64,000 nt of DNA from Candidatus Pyrohabitans jungbluthii (GTDB taxonomy: Archaea; Hydrothermarchaeota; Hydrothermarchaeia; Hydrothermarchaeales; BMS3B): assembly GCA_002010065.2 (NCBI GenBank), contig MTMD02000014.1:127167-191166 (forward strand), given 5' to 3'. The position numbers and the translations under genes are program-made. Below the pieces are notes generated by a model, which saw nothing but the letters and a program-made list of their open reading frames with translations, searched no databases and was not told the DNA's origin. Shown in pieces: positions 19,437 to 31,884 of this stretch. Each line of letters begins with the position of its first letter. The stretch's first letter is position 1.

Positions 19437-19671
19437 TTAGCTTCGCTCCACACTCGCTGCAGAATTTGAAGAATGGCTCATTTTTGGCACCGCACCTTCT
19501 GCAGGTTATCGGGCGAACAAGCTCAAAGGCGTCGCACTCTCGAGCACGCATATCCCGTGACAGGGCGCAGAACATGCTCAGCTCTGCACCATTGAAGTTC
19601 CACTTTACTATTAAATTGGAGCAGAAGATGCACTTGCTTGTGACCTGGGCTATGTCGCGGAGGTTTGTCAT
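19432..19671 (-). CDS. Small zinc-ribbon protein
   Basis: CIFC, CRRC...CSEC. Confidence 0.7.
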   Translation of the reverse strand: MTNLRDIAQVTSKCIFCSNLIVKWNFNGAELSMFCALSRDMRARECDAFELVRPITCRRCGAKNEPFFKFCSECGAKLR

Positions 19672-20786
19672 TACTTCTCCTTCTTCTGGAGATTTTTAAG
19701 TACTTTTTCCACATACTCTGCAACCGCCTCTTCTACGCGTGGCTTAAAGTACTCCAGCCTCTCCTTCGCTTCTTTGGATATCTCTGGCGCGCTGTGTGTG
19801 AACACCACGCGGGGGTCACGCTCTGGCTCAAGCGCTTTGCTACCTTGGAGCACATCAACGTCGCTGAAGGTTCCCAGAAGCTCTCTCCCCGCGTGCCTCA
19901 CCTCTTCCTCCACTTTTCTGCCGTGGCGGGTGCCGAACATGGAGAAGAGGGGGAACTTTGTTATCCCGTTCGCACCCGCGAGGAGCGCAACGCCTATGTT
20001 GGGGAGCTGGTCCACCCAGGTGCCTGAGATTATCTTCACCTCAGGGAAGCTTATTCTCACCGCTGCTATCACCCCTGCCTGGTACAGCGAGGCTGGCGGG
20101 GGAGAGTTTTCATAGCGCGTGCCCCTGTGGGGGTTGAGGGAGTAGATGGTAACCCTGTCCAACTTCAGCTCCTGAATTAGCTCAAGAAGCGTGTAGGTGT
20201 CGGCTACGCTCTCCCCCAGACCCAGGATTATCGTAATCCCTGTTGCATAGCCCATCTCCTTCGCTGTAATAAGCATGCGCTTTATTGGAGCTAGAGGTTT
20301 GCCAGGCACAATCTCGCTGCGAAGCTTCTTGCTCACGCATTCCACGCTTCCAGTTACACCTTCCACCGCTCTGCCGAGCTGCTCAAGCTCTTCGCCGCTG
20401 AGCACACCCACATTGAGCCACACCTTAGACTGCGCTGCATAGGCTACCATCTCCGCAAGAAGGCGCAACTCTTCTAATGTATAAGCGCCGTACCCTCCTG
20501 AGAGGAACTCCACCTCCCAGCCGAGCCTGCGCATAAGCTCCGCCTCAGCGAGGATTCGCCAGGGTGCGCGCTTCGCCTTTTCAGCCTCCCTCAGCCTTTC
20601 TTTCTGCTTCGCCATGTAGCAGAAGGCACAGCTTGCGACGGAGCACCACCAGGAGAGGAAGATTGCCCTCTCCAGGGTGACGTAGCTGCCGTGGTGTTTT
20701 AGCGTTAGCGCATTCGCCTCTGCCAGCGCCTCGAGTAAGTGCTCAGAATCGCTGAAAAGCTGGGAGACCTCTTTCGGGGTGAGCAT
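19671..20786 (-). CDS. Radical SAM protein (biotin-synthase-related)
   Basis: CSVASCAFC (Cx4Cx2C), SGG, IILGLGE, LNPHRGT, AGAN. Confidence 0.82.
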   Translation of the reverse strand: MLTPKEVSQLFSDSEHLLEALAEANALTLKHHGSYVTLERAIFLSWWCSVASCAFCYMAKQKERLREAEKAKRAPWRILAEAELMRRLGWEVEFLSGGYGAYTLEELRLLAEMVAYAAQSKVWLNVGVLSGEELEQLGRAVEGVTGSVECVSKKLRSEIVPGKPLAPIKRMLITAKEMGYATGITIILGLGESVADTYTLLELIQELKLDRVTIYSLNPHRGTRYENSPPPASLYQAGVIAAVRISFPEVKIISGTWVDQLPNIGVALLAGANGITKFPLFSMFGTRHGRKVEEEVRHAGRELLGTFSDVDVLQGSKALEPERDPRVVFTHSAPEISKEAKERLEYFKPRVEEAVAEYVEKVLKNLQKKEK

Positions 20787-20912
20787 ACATAAGCAGGTGA
20801 GGCTATCCAGTAAAAAGCTGTTTGTTCATCTCCAGCCATCCAGTCATAAAGATATAAATATCCAAAAATATTATAAAAGTGTCTACACCGTAATATTCAT
20901 AAGGCGATAAAA

Positions 20913-22292
20913 ATGAAAGTAATTGAAAATCTTGAAGTAAGAAATTATAGAGGTATTAAAAATATTTCCTTCAAATCAAATTCTGTAAATATATTGGTTG
21001 GAAGAAATAACACAGGAAAATCGGCATTATTAGAATCAATAGCATTTATATTGTCATTTAACAAAAAATTTAAGGATTCAATAGGAAATGACCTATTGGA
21101 TTATATAACCGAAAAATATGAGGAATCGTATTTGGTGAATATAAATGGCAAAACTGCAGAAATTAAAGCAGAGATTAAAGATAAAGAGTACACTATTTCC
21201 ATTGAATATTATTCTGATGGTCTGCCACAGGATGAAAGACTGAATTATATAATAGAGTATTTTGAAAATTTAATAAATAGGTGGTATCGCAATTACATTG
21301 AAAAGGAGGAAAGATATACTGAGAATATCACCAATGACGTAATTAATACTTTTTTTAATGAACTAAAAAATATAAATTTAAAATTAAAACAATCAGATCT
21401 AAAAATTTTGGAAAACAATATCAAGAATAGATTATTAAGAAAAAAAATTTTTAGAACTATGGATAGATATATAGAATCTGAAATACAAACTGAGTTAGAT
21501 AAAGTTAAATCGCAAACGCAAAAAGATATCTACAATTTGCCAAAATTGATTATCACTGCTTATGAAAATTCACAAATAGTAGGATTGTATATACTTTTTG
21601 CAGAATCATTAGATTTAATAGAAAAATTTGAAAATATTAGGTCAAAAAAAGTAATTACGCTATTTTCATTCCTATCCAAATATAAATATTTTGAAATAGA
21701 TGATGAATATGAAATAATTCCATTTAAAGGTGATTTAAAGCATATTCCTCTACTTTTTGATTTTGAAAGGGTTACATATGATATAGAAGATTTACATGAT
21801 TCTGTGGTAGAAACAGGAAAAATTAGGCGTGCAGTAGATTTACTCAAAGAGAGAGATATTATTGATGATATTAGAAAAACTGAGAGAGGTCTTATGGTAT
21901 TTCCGAAACAATATGATGAGCCATTGCCTCTATCTTCAATGGGTGATGGTTTCTTAGCGTTGCTTAAAATCATATTTTTAATTGCTATAGCTGAGAGAGG
22001 AGTAATTTTAATAGAAGAACCAGAAGTGTCTCTTCACCCGGGATATTTAGATATAATTGCTGAAGAAATTGTATTAAATTCTGATAAAGTACAATTTTTT
22101 ATATCTACCCACAGCTTTGATTTAATTCAGGCTATTTTAGAAAAGGCTGAAAAATATAAAAAGCTGGATGAAATAAATATAGTAAGACTCCATTATAGAG
22201 AAGCTGCAAATCAGATTTATCCTGAAGTCTTGGATGGGGAGATGGCTAAGGAAGAAATTGATGAGATAGGAACAGATCTGAGGCAAACATAA
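20913..22292 (+). CDS. ABC-type ATPase (AAA_15/AAA_21), putative defence ATPase
   Basis: NYRGI, GRNNTGKS, LSSMGDG signature, IEEPE, STHS. Confidence 0.88.
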   Translation: MKVIENLEVRNYRGIKNISFKSNSVNILVGRNNTGKSALLESIAFILSFNKKFKDSIGNDLLDYITEKYEESYLVNINGKTAEIKAEIKDKEYTISIEYYSDGLPQDERLNYIIEYFENLINRWYRNYIEKEERYTENITNDVINTFFNELKNINLKLKQSDLKILENNIKNRLLRKKIFRTMDRYIESEIQTELDKVKSQTQKDIYNLPKLIITAYENSQIVGLYILFAESLDLIEKFENIRSKKVITLFSFLSKYKYFEIDDEYEIIPFKGDLKHIPLLFDFERVTYDIEDLHDSVVETGKIRRAVDLLKERDIIDDIRKTERGLMVFPKQYDEPLPLSSMGDGFLALLKIIFLIAIAERGVILIEEPEVSLHPGYLDIIAEEIVLNSDKVQFFISTHSFDLIQAILEKAEKYKKLDEINIVRLHYREAANQIYPEVLDGEMAKEEIDEIGTDLRQT

Positions 22293-22314
22293 TATTTAAG
22301 AGGGGGAAATATTA

Positions 22315-23022
22315 ATGAAGATATTCGTATTAGAGGGTCCTAATGACGTAGTTTTTATAGAATCGATTTTAAATCATCACTTTAAAAAAACAAATATACC
22401 AAAAGCCTCTAATAATAAAATAAATTTACGAAAAAGTATAAAAACGCTGATGAGTAAACTTAGAGACTCTAAAGAGTATAATTATCTTAAAAACGAATTT
22501 GGAATAATTATTTACGGTGACAACGGTAAGGATAACGTAATCTCAAAAGTTATACCCAGATTATGTTATGATTTAATAGGAAAAAATCCTCCAAAACAAA
22601 TTGAATTTCTTGTAGTCTTAGATGAGGATGGCGAACCACTTAGTAATATAATGGTCAGAATTAAAGAGGAGATTATTAATAGGAATATGCCAGATTCGGA
22701 AGTATTAGATATAAATAGTAGTAACATCAAAGTTCAATTCAATTCTGATGACAGTTATTGGATTTATATTCGAGTGTGTTTAATTCCTCATAGTTTGGAA
22801 TATCAGATTATACATAAAGCAATTGAAACAAAAATATCATTAAGCAAAAGACAACAAAGAAAACTACTAAACAGCAAAGAAGATGAGGCATTAAGAGAAA
22901 TTGCAAATTTACTGGATGTTTCAAAGGAAGAATTGTTCCGACTTAGTGTTTTTGATGGTTGGTTTCTTGGTAGCGAATGGTACGACGGGATAATTCAGAA
23001 AATCGGAAATTTTATTAGTTAA
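22315..23022 (+). CDS. TOPRIM-like nuclease partner (DUF3226/DUF4435-like)
   Basis: VLEGPND, VLDED (DxD), SLE motifs; downstream of the ABC ATPase. Confidence 0.65.
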   Translation: MKIFVLEGPNDVVFIESILNHHFKKTNIPKASNNKINLRKSIKTLMSKLRDSKEYNYLKNEFGIIIYGDNGKDNVISKVIPRLCYDLIGKNPPKQIEFLVVLDEDGEPLSNIMVRIKEEIINRNMPDSEVLDINSSNIKVQFNSDDSYWIYIRVCLIPHSLEYQIIHKAIETKISLSKRQQRKLLNSKEDEALREIANLLDVSKEELFRLSVFDGWFLGSEWYDGIIQKIGNFIS

Positions 23023-23077
23023 CTTACGATTATTTCTTTTTTTATGTTGTTTTAAGCTAATTATTATGACTGGAAGA

Positions 23078-23677
23078 TCATCTCCAGCCGGTGATAATAA
23101 AAACAGGATTCATTGCCTTCATCATTGTAACGCCCTCGCGCACCTTCTCGGCTCTTGCAAAGCTGGCAAGCACCACCTCCTGCTCAAAGTTCGCTGCCTC
23201 GAGGGCAGCGCACGCTTTATGGAGCGTCTCCAGGGTTATCGCAGTTATCACCACTCGGCCCCCAGGATGCAGCTTTTTTGCTATTGCTTCGATTATCTCC
23301 TCCATCCTGCCCCCGCTTCCGCCTATAAACACCCTGTGTGGCGCCTCGAGGTTGCGCAGTGCCTCGGGAGCCTCGCCCTCAACTACGCGCGCCTCCCCGT
23401 CACCAGGCACCGCATTGCTGGCAACCACGCCGAACTTCGCCAGGTTTCGCCTCAGAAGCTCCAACGCTTCCCCACGCTTCTCCACAGCGTAAACCCTCGC
23501 CCCGAGCAGAGCCGCCTCAACGGTAACGCTACCCGTGCCCGCGCCTATGTCGTAGAGCACGTCACCGCGACAAAGCCTGAGCTTCGCCAAAGCTAAGCTG
23601 CGCACCTCCTCCTTGGTCATGGGCACATTGCCGCGCTCGAATGCTTCGTCGGGTATTCCCGGCACTGTACGCTTCAT
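23078..23677 (-). CDS. cbiT: Cobalt-precorrin-6B C15-methyltransferase (decarboxylating)
   Basis: PMTKEEVR, DIGAGTGSV, FIGGSGG, NPVFII. Confidence 0.94.
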   Translation of the reverse strand: MKRTVPGIPDEAFERGNVPMTKEEVRSLALAKLRLCRGDVLYDIGAGTGSVTVEAALLGARVYAVEKRGEALELLRRNLAKFGVVASNAVPGDGEARVVEGEAPEALRNLEAPHRVFIGGSGGRMEEIIEAIAKKLHPGGRVVITAITLETLHKACAALEAANFEQEVVLASFARAEKVREGVTMMKAMNPVFIITGWR

Positions 23678-24279
23678 TCCCACACCACCATTATGCTGTT
23701 CCCGCCAAAGCTTTCCTTTGAGACCTCCTCAAGCGTCGCCACGACGACACGTTCCTCTGGTAAGCTCAAGCTTTCGCACACGGCGCAGCGACGGTTTCCC
23801 CAGCGGGCGAGTAGCGCTTTCGCAACCTCTTGGGGCAGGTTTTTTGCATCGCACAATATAACAATCTTCTCCTCTTTGCGAAGCTCCTTCAAGGCATCGT
23901 CGCGCCCATGTAAGCTTATAACCCTCGCCCCGTTCCACGGCTCCTTAATCTTGGCAAAGCAGAGCTGCACTGAGCTTATCCCTGGGATCACCTCAAGCAT
24001 ATCCTCGGGGAACCTCTTCTTGAGAAACCGGAGGATGCTGAACAGTGTGGCGTCGCCAGAGGTAAGTACCGCGACGTCTTTGCGAGAATGCTTCTCAATA
24101 AACTCCACCACCTCTTCCAGGTTGCGGCTTATCACCATTCTTGGCTTTCCGCGGGGCGCAAACCTCAGCGCAGTCTCGCCGCCTGCAAAGGCAGATGCAC
24201 GAGCGATGGCGCGCCTTGCCGCCGGGGTTAGGTACTCCTCACTTCCAGGGCCAACGCCTACAACAAGTATCTTCCCCAC
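23674..24279 (-). CDS. cbiE: Cobalt-precorrin-7 C5-methyltransferase
   Basis: VGVGPG, SGD, PGISSVQ, SLHGR. Confidence 0.92.
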   Translation of the reverse strand: MGKILVVGVGPGSEEYLTPAARRAIARASAFAGGETALRFAPRGKPRMVISRNLEEVVEFIEKHSRKDVAVLTSGDATLFSILRFLKKRFPEDMLEVIPGISSVQLCFAKIKEPWNGARVISLHGRDDALKELRKEEKIVILCDAKNLPQEVAKALLARWGNRRCAVCESLSLPEERVVVATLEEVSKESFGGNSIMVVWE

Positions 24280-25343
24280 CTTATCTGCCTCGCTTTTTCG
24301 TCGCTACCTATTACCTCTCCTTTCAGGTTAATTAGCGCCGTGCCTATGTTAACTTTTCCTCCCACGCGCTCCTCAGCGCGCTGTGAAGCTCTCTCTGCGA
24401 TGCGGTTAAGCACCTCAGCAAAGCCTTCGCTGAAAAGCAGAGCTACCGCCTCTTCTGCTGTAGTTGAGTTAAGCACCTGCTTTATCAGTTCTCGGGAGGC
24501 GCCCGCCTCAGCGGCGTATGCAGCGATGGTTTCGAGGCGGGCATCTGCAACCTTGCTGTGGGTGTGAAAGATGCCAGCGGCGACCTTAACGAGCTTGCCC
24601 ACATGCCCATAGAGCAGCACCCCTTTAATCCCTCTCTCAGCGCATTCGTCGAGCATATAACCAACGTAGTTGCCGCACTGCACAATTGCATCCTCTGGTA
24701 CGCCCCTCTTGAGAGCATTCCTCTCGCCTATTCTCCCTGGAGTGAGCACAACCTCTGCGAAGCCATTAGCAAGGGCAACATCGATCTGAGGCACCAGGGA
24801 GCGCTTGAATGCGTCCTCACTCCAGGGTTCTACTATACCACTCGTACCCAGGATTGAAATACCTCCCACTATGCCAAGCTTTGGATTCATTGTCTTCTGG
24901 GCAAGCTCTCTACCTTTAGGCACAGAGACCACAACCTCCACCCCACCCTCTGGCAGAGCTTCCCTCACCGCACTGCGTATCATCTCTCTGGGCACGGGGT
25001 TAATTGCAGCCTCGCCCACGGGTATCGCTAGTCCAGGCTTAGTCACCACGCCTACGCCCTCACCGCCCCTTATCCTGACATCTTCGCCTTCGCATTTCCT
25101 CACCTCTGCGCATATCAGCGCGCCGTTGGTCACGTCGGGATCGTCGCCGGCGTCCTTAACCACGCAGGCTCTGGCTTTATCTCCGTATCCTTCCAGCAGC
25201 GCGATGCTGAGGCTCACCCTCTTGCCAGAGGGCAGGGCAACGCTTACCCTTTCCCTTCTGTCTCCGGTCAGGAGCAGCGCCGCTGCCTTCGCGGCTGCGG
25301 CTGCGCAGGTGCCAGTGGTAAAACCTTTTCTGAGCTTCTTCAT
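24258..25343 (-). CDS. cbiD: Cobalt-precorrin-5B C1-methyltransferase
   Basis: GFTTGTCA, KDAGDDPDVT, AINPVPR, GISILGTSG, HTHS. Confidence 0.97.
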   Translation of the reverse strand: MKKLRKGFTTGTCAAAAAKAAALLLTGDRRERVSVALPSGKRVSLSIALLEGYGDKARACVVKDAGDDPDVTNGALICAEVRKCEGEDVRIRGGEGVGVVTKPGLAIPVGEAAINPVPREMIRSAVREALPEGGVEVVVSVPKGRELAQKTMNPKLGIVGGISILGTSGIVEPWSEDAFKRSLVPQIDVALANGFAEVVLTPGRIGERNALKRGVPEDAIVQCGNYVGYMLDECAERGIKGVLLYGHVGKLVKVAAGIFHTHSKVADARLETIAAYAAEAGASRELIKQVLNSTTAEEAVALLFSEGFAEVLNRIAERASQRAEERVGGKVNIGTALINLKGEVIGSDEKARQIRWGRYLL

Positions 25344-25384
25344 AATGAAAAAGGTAATATCCTTGGGAAGATATAGTTTTATCT

Positions 25385-25657
25385 ATGAAGAGGGTGCATG
25401 TCTTTATCTCGGGCAGAGTGCAGGGCGTGTTTTTCCGCGAGTACACTCGTAGAAAAGCTGAGGAACTCGGGGTTAAAGGCTGGGTTCGCAACCTGCCCGA
25501 CGGAAGGGTAGAAGCAGTCTTTGAAGGCGAGGACGAGGCGGTGGATGCCATAGTAAAGTGGTGCTGGGAGGGCTCACCTTATTCGAATGTGAGCAATGTT
25601 GAGGCAATGGAAGAGGAGTATACAGGCGAGTTTGAGAGGTTTGAAATCAGGTGGTAA
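25385..25657 (+). CDS. acyP: Acylphosphatase
   Basis: GRVQGVFFR, GWVRNLPDGRVE. Confidence 0.97.
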   Translation: MKRVHVFISGRVQGVFFREYTRRKAEELGVKGWVRNLPDGRVEAVFEGEDEAVDAIVKWCWEGSPYSNVSNVEAMEEEYTGEFERFEIRW

Positions 25658-25838
25658 AGCATAGCATTGTTATTACATGGTGAGCTTTGCCGGAGCAGGA
25701 TAGCATCAGGGTATCACCAGGATGAAGAAGGTGTTTGCCTTCATCTTATGAGCACGCTAAGCACAGGATAAGGCTGTTTAAAATACTCGAGCACGTTATA
25801 ATTCCCGACCTGAGGGTTAAAGTATAACCGGGATTTTC

Positions 25839-26525
25839 ATGAAGCTGGCAGCACTTGTTAGCGGGGGCAAGGACAGCGTTTTTGCCCTGTATAGGGTGGT
25901 GAAAGCTGGGAATAGCGTAGCCTATCTGCTGAATATGCTTCCCGAGCGCGAGGACAGCTGGATGTTCCACCATCCCAATGCAGCGCTGGTGGAGCTCCAG
26001 GCTAAGGCGCTGGGAATACCTCTGATAAGGGGCACGACCAGGGGAGAAAAGGAGGCAGAGTTAGTAGACCTGCGCCGCCTCATCGCAAGCGTTGCAGACG
26101 AGGTTGAGGGTATAGTAACAGGCGCTTTAGCCTCGAAATACCAGCGCGAGCGGATAGAGAGGATATGCTCAGAGCTTGGTTTAAAGGTCTACTCGCCCCT
26201 CTGGGGGATAGAGCCGGAGAAGTACTGGGATGAGCTCCTTGCGAGCGGCTTTGAGGTTATGATAACTGCGGTAGCCGCCGAAGGCTTAGGCGAGGAGTGG
26301 CTAGGTGTTGTGGTGACGCGGGAGAAGCTGGCAGAACTCAAACGCCTGGCGAAGCACTACCGCTTTCACCTTGGCTTTGAAGGCGGCGAGGCTGAGACGC
26401 TGGTGCTTGATATGCCTCTATTTAAGCAGAGGATAGTGGTTAAAAGGGCGAGGAAGCTCTGGCGGGGAAACAGTGGGGTCTACATAATTGAGGAGGCTGA
26501 GCTCGCTCCCGAGGAAGAGAGATGA
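25839..26525 (+). CDS. dph6: Diphthine--ammonia ligase (TIGR00289-like)
   Basis: SGGKDS, SWMFH, GALASKYQ, GFEGGEAET. Confidence 0.88.
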   Translation: MKLAALVSGGKDSVFALYRVVKAGNSVAYLLNMLPEREDSWMFHHPNAALVELQAKALGIPLIRGTTRGEKEAELVDLRRLIASVADEVEGIVTGALASKYQRERIERICSELGLKVYSPLWGIEPEKYWDELLASGFEVMITAVAAEGLGEEWLGVVVTREKLAELKRLAKHYRFHLGFEGGEAETLVLDMPLFKQRIVVKRARKLWRGNSGVYIIEEAELAPEEER

Positions 26526-26571
26526 GTGGTGTCGGAAGTTATTTATAATGTGAAGTTTATCATATCAGAAT

Positions 26572-27009
26572 ATGAAGGTAAAGGAAATAATGCATGCGCC
26601 CACATTTGTTCCCCCAGATACCACGATTGCAGAAGCGGCGAAGATAATGGTCAGGAAGAACATAAGCAGCGTTATTGTGGGAACGCCTACCGATCCAATA
26701 GGCATGTTCACAGAGCGTGACATGCTGCGCGAGGTTGTGGTTAAGAATCTGGACACGCAGAAAACCTCGCTCGTGGACATAATGTGCGGCACAGAACTCA
26801 AGCACGTGATGTGCCGGGTTATAACCACGGTGCACCAGGATGCGCCAATAGAAGAGGCGGCGGAGCGCATGATGGGACGCTATGTGCGCCACATGCCGGT
26901 CGTGGATGACGAGGGGAAAATAGTGGGGATGGTGAGTGCGCGCACTGTGATGAACGCCCTGCGAAGGAAGTCCTACTTCGCCACCAGGGGAATGTACAAC
27001 AGGGATTAG
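26572..27009 (+). CDS. CBS domain pair protein
   Basis: GMFTERD; HMPVVD..GKIVGMVS. Confidence 0.9.
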   Translation: MKVKEIMHAPTFVPPDTTIAEAAKIMVRKNISSVIVGTPTDPIGMFTERDMLREVVVKNLDTQKTSLVDIMCGTELKHVMCRVITTVHQDAPIEEAAERMMGRYVRHMPVVDDEGKIVGMVSARTVMNALRRKSYFATRGMYNRD

Positions 27010-28356
27010 TTAAAACTCCCACAGGGAAACCTGCTTTGTTCTGTCCCCTCTCGCGAGCCGTCTCATTCTCTCTTTTGTTATCTCTTCAGCTTGCTTGTAA
27101 ATTTCACCAGCGAGCTTTTCATCGCCAGCCAGTAGCTTTATCTCCTTCAGCTCAAGCTCGAGCTCGCTCGCCGCTAGGGCAGCCATCTCGGGGTTGTGTT
27201 TCATGAGCAGCACCAGCATCGGGATAAACTGCTCCTTAATAATGCGCTTTGAGGCGTGTATCTTGGTGTGGGCATCCTTCCTGCCCTGAAGCTTCTCCGC
27301 CAGAGCGTCCAAGCTTTGCCTTTCACCTCGCAACTGAGCGTACATGGCGAATATCTTGGGGTACTGGTAGCGGGTATAGCCGGGGTACTTCCTCTTTTTT
27401 GCCAGTGCCACACCCGCGCTCATGAGGTCAACCATGTAGCTGAGCAAGCCCCAATCCTGCCTGCGCAGTATTCTTCCATGGAATACATCGGCGCGGGAGA
27501 GGTAGTTGTACGCTCTTGCCAAATCCTCTGGATCGCGGTACTCTAGGGGAAGATTCTCAGCTAACCACTTTAGTATTGTGTCTGGCTCTTCCCCCGAGTC
27601 GAAAACCGCTTCTCTTGCTCTGTCTATGCTCTCCGTTTTTAGTATTCTAACTAAGGTGTCGAAGATTTTTATCTCAACATCGCGCATAGTGAGAAGCTCA
27701 ACATCGGCTAAGCTCAGCTTCCGCCTACCCTCTGCTAGAGCCTGAAGGTCGTTTATGGCGCTTCGCAAATCACCGTTTGAGTTGGCGGCGATAATTTTCA
27801 GCACCTTTTCCTCAGCCTCAATACCCTCGCGGCGGCATATCTCCTTCAGCACGCGAAGCACAGTGCGCTGATTTATGCGCTTGAACTCCACCATCAGTGT
27901 CAGATTTCTGAAGTCAGCGGGAAGCTTCCAGGGGTCGTTGGCTATGAGTATTATTGGATGCCTGCTCTGCCCAATCAGCTTCTTCAGCGCAGCTAAGCCG
28001 CCGTACTCCGCCCTGCCGTGGATTCCGTCCACCTCGTCCAGAATTATAACCTTTTTCTCCCGCTCCGGGTCAAGCGTCCCAAAGCGCGAGGCGCTCCCAA
28101 CAATGCGGTTTATCACGTCTCGCGTGCGCCAGTCGCTGGCGTTCAGCTCTATGTAGTCGTAGTTTAAATCTCTCGCCAGGGCGTAGGCGGCGGAGGTTTT
28201 TCCAGAGCCAGGCGGACCATAGAGCAGCACCGCCCTCTTCTTTGGCTTGCCCAGCTTCCACTCCTTCACCCACGCTACCAACGCTGCTATCGCCTTGGGG
28301 TTGCCAGCAACCTCCTTAAGCGTTCTCGGGCGATACTTCTCAACCCAGGTCTTCAT
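27010..28356 (-). CDS. rfcL: Replication factor C large subunit
   Basis: WVEKYRP, GPPGSGKT, ELNASD, DEVD, GDLRSAINDLQ, C-terminal PIP box QVSLWEF. Confidence 0.96.
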   Translation of the reverse strand: MKTWVEKYRPRTLKEVAGNPKAIAALVAWVKEWKLGKPKKRAVLLYGPPGSGKTSAAYALARDLNYDYIELNASDWRTRDVINRIVGSASRFGTLDPEREKKVIILDEVDGIHGRAEYGGLAALKKLIGQSRHPIILIANDPWKLPADFRNLTLMVEFKRINQRTVLRVLKEICRREGIEAEEKVLKIIAANSNGDLRSAINDLQALAEGRRKLSLADVELLTMRDVEIKIFDTLVRILKTESIDRAREAVFDSGEEPDTILKWLAENLPLEYRDPEDLARAYNYLSRADVFHGRILRRQDWGLLSYMVDLMSAGVALAKKRKYPGYTRYQYPKIFAMYAQLRGERQSLDALAEKLQGRKDAHTKIHASKRIIKEQFIPMLVLLMKHNPEMAALAASELELELKEIKLLAGDEKLAGEIYKQAEEITKERMRRLARGDRTKQVSLWEF

Positions 28357-28736
28357 CGCTTCTCCTCCAGCAGCCTCTCGCAGGCATCGAGCAGCTCCTT
28401 TACCTCGCTGTAGCTCACCTCAGCGCTTGCATTGCTCGCTATGCGAAGGTGAAGCTCCGCCACGCGCCTTGCAAGGGTGGTGAAGTCCTCGTTAGCGATG
28501 CCCTTCTCCTCCATAAGCTCAATCAGGTTGTGTAGAGGGTGCCCGTCTTCGCGCTCCTCAGCAAGGCGCGCGTTGAGCTCAGCCTCGCTCACAAGCTTTG
28601 GAACGAGCAGGTGCTTTGCGTAATGGTAGAGCACCACCTGCAGGTTTGTTGCCACGTCTAAGCGCGAGAAGTGGCTATCGCTGAGAATTTGCCTCAGGTA
28701 ATCCAACTCTCTCCTCGCTTGTTCCATTCTAACCAC
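28353..28736 (-). CDS. Hypothetical helical protein
   Basis: Overlaps both neighbours in operon fashion; host-like codon use. Confidence 0.6.
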   Translation of the reverse strand: MVRMEQARRELDYLRQILSDSHFSRLDVATNLQVVLYHYAKHLLVPKLVSEAELNARLAEEREDGHPLHNLIELMEEKGIANEDFTTLARRVAELHLRIASNASAEVSYSEVKELLDACERLLEEKR

Positions 28737-29010
28737 GTTTTATAATAAACCTGGCAGGCGTAACGTAGGTGGACTTGCATTTTGGGCAGCGTTTAATGTT
28801 TTTCAGCCTTGTGATATTTATAGGCTCCCCACAGGAGTTGCATACCGCAGGCAGGACGTAGAGGCGCTTTTCCCGGCTGCGCAGGGTGCGTTGCACATGC
28901 TTTAAGTCGGCGAGAATCTCACGCCTGGAGCACTGAAAAAGCCTAGCCAGCTCGTCAATACTCCTGCTCTGTGCCTCGAGCTCGCGAATTATCTCCTCTC
29001 TGCGCGTCAT
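28729..29010 (-). CDS. HTH + Zn-ribbon transcriptional regulator (COG3357-like)
   Basis: TRREEII, DLKHV, PAVCNSCG, RCPKCKS. Confidence 0.88.
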   Translation of the reverse strand: MTRREEIIRELEAQSRSIDELARLFQCSRREILADLKHVQRTLRSREKRLYVLPAVCNSCGEPINITRLKNIKRCPKCKSTYVTPARFIIKRG

Positions 29011-29079
29011 TTCGCCTCGCTGAGGATATATTTCAACAACCTATTATAAAGGTATCCTCCCCGTATAATATGAGATTGA

Positions 29080-31540
<2,461 letters not shown>

Positions 31541-31544
<4 letters not shown>

Positions 31545-31798
31545 TCTGAAGCCCCCTCAAGCTTTGCTAGGCGCTTTCTGACCCTCATAAGATGTTTAAT
31601 CCTTTTCATTCTCAGTTTTTTGAGGATTTCTTGGTCTATCTTTACAAGGTCGTACAGTTCTGAAAAAATCTCAAAGGCTCGTTTCGGTGTCAGCTCCCTA
31701 AGGACTCTCTTCTTGTAGTCCCTCTCCCACCGAAAAAATGCCTGGTAGCGTTCATTAGCAGAGTAATCCGTCTTTGCCTCTTTAATTTTTCTAGGCAT
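31541..31798 (-). CDS. Small basic protein, putative partner/antitoxin of the nucleotidyltransferase
   Basis: 4-nt overlap with the downstream NTase; LTPKRAFEIFSELY. Confidence 0.6.
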
Positions 31799-31884
31799 AG
31801 CTCTTCCTGCCTCAATATAAGTTGCAGTGCCTTATATAAAAATCTTGGCGGAAAGTGAAGATTGCCATCAGGTGAGGTGATCCA

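Larger units (their letters stand above)
20826..23089. mobile_element. Non-autonomous AT-rich insertion cassette with target-site duplication and terminal inverted repeats
   Basis: Direct repeat TCATCTCCAGCC at 20826-37 and 23078-89; inverted repeat TCCAGTCATAA (20839-49) / TTATGACTGGA (23064-74); abrupt AT enrichment inside. Confidence 0.75.

Noticed and set aside
25658-25838. Intergenic stretch as sRNA, riboswitch or pseudogene
   Set aside because: No complete C/D box set, recognisable aptamer or convincing ORF.
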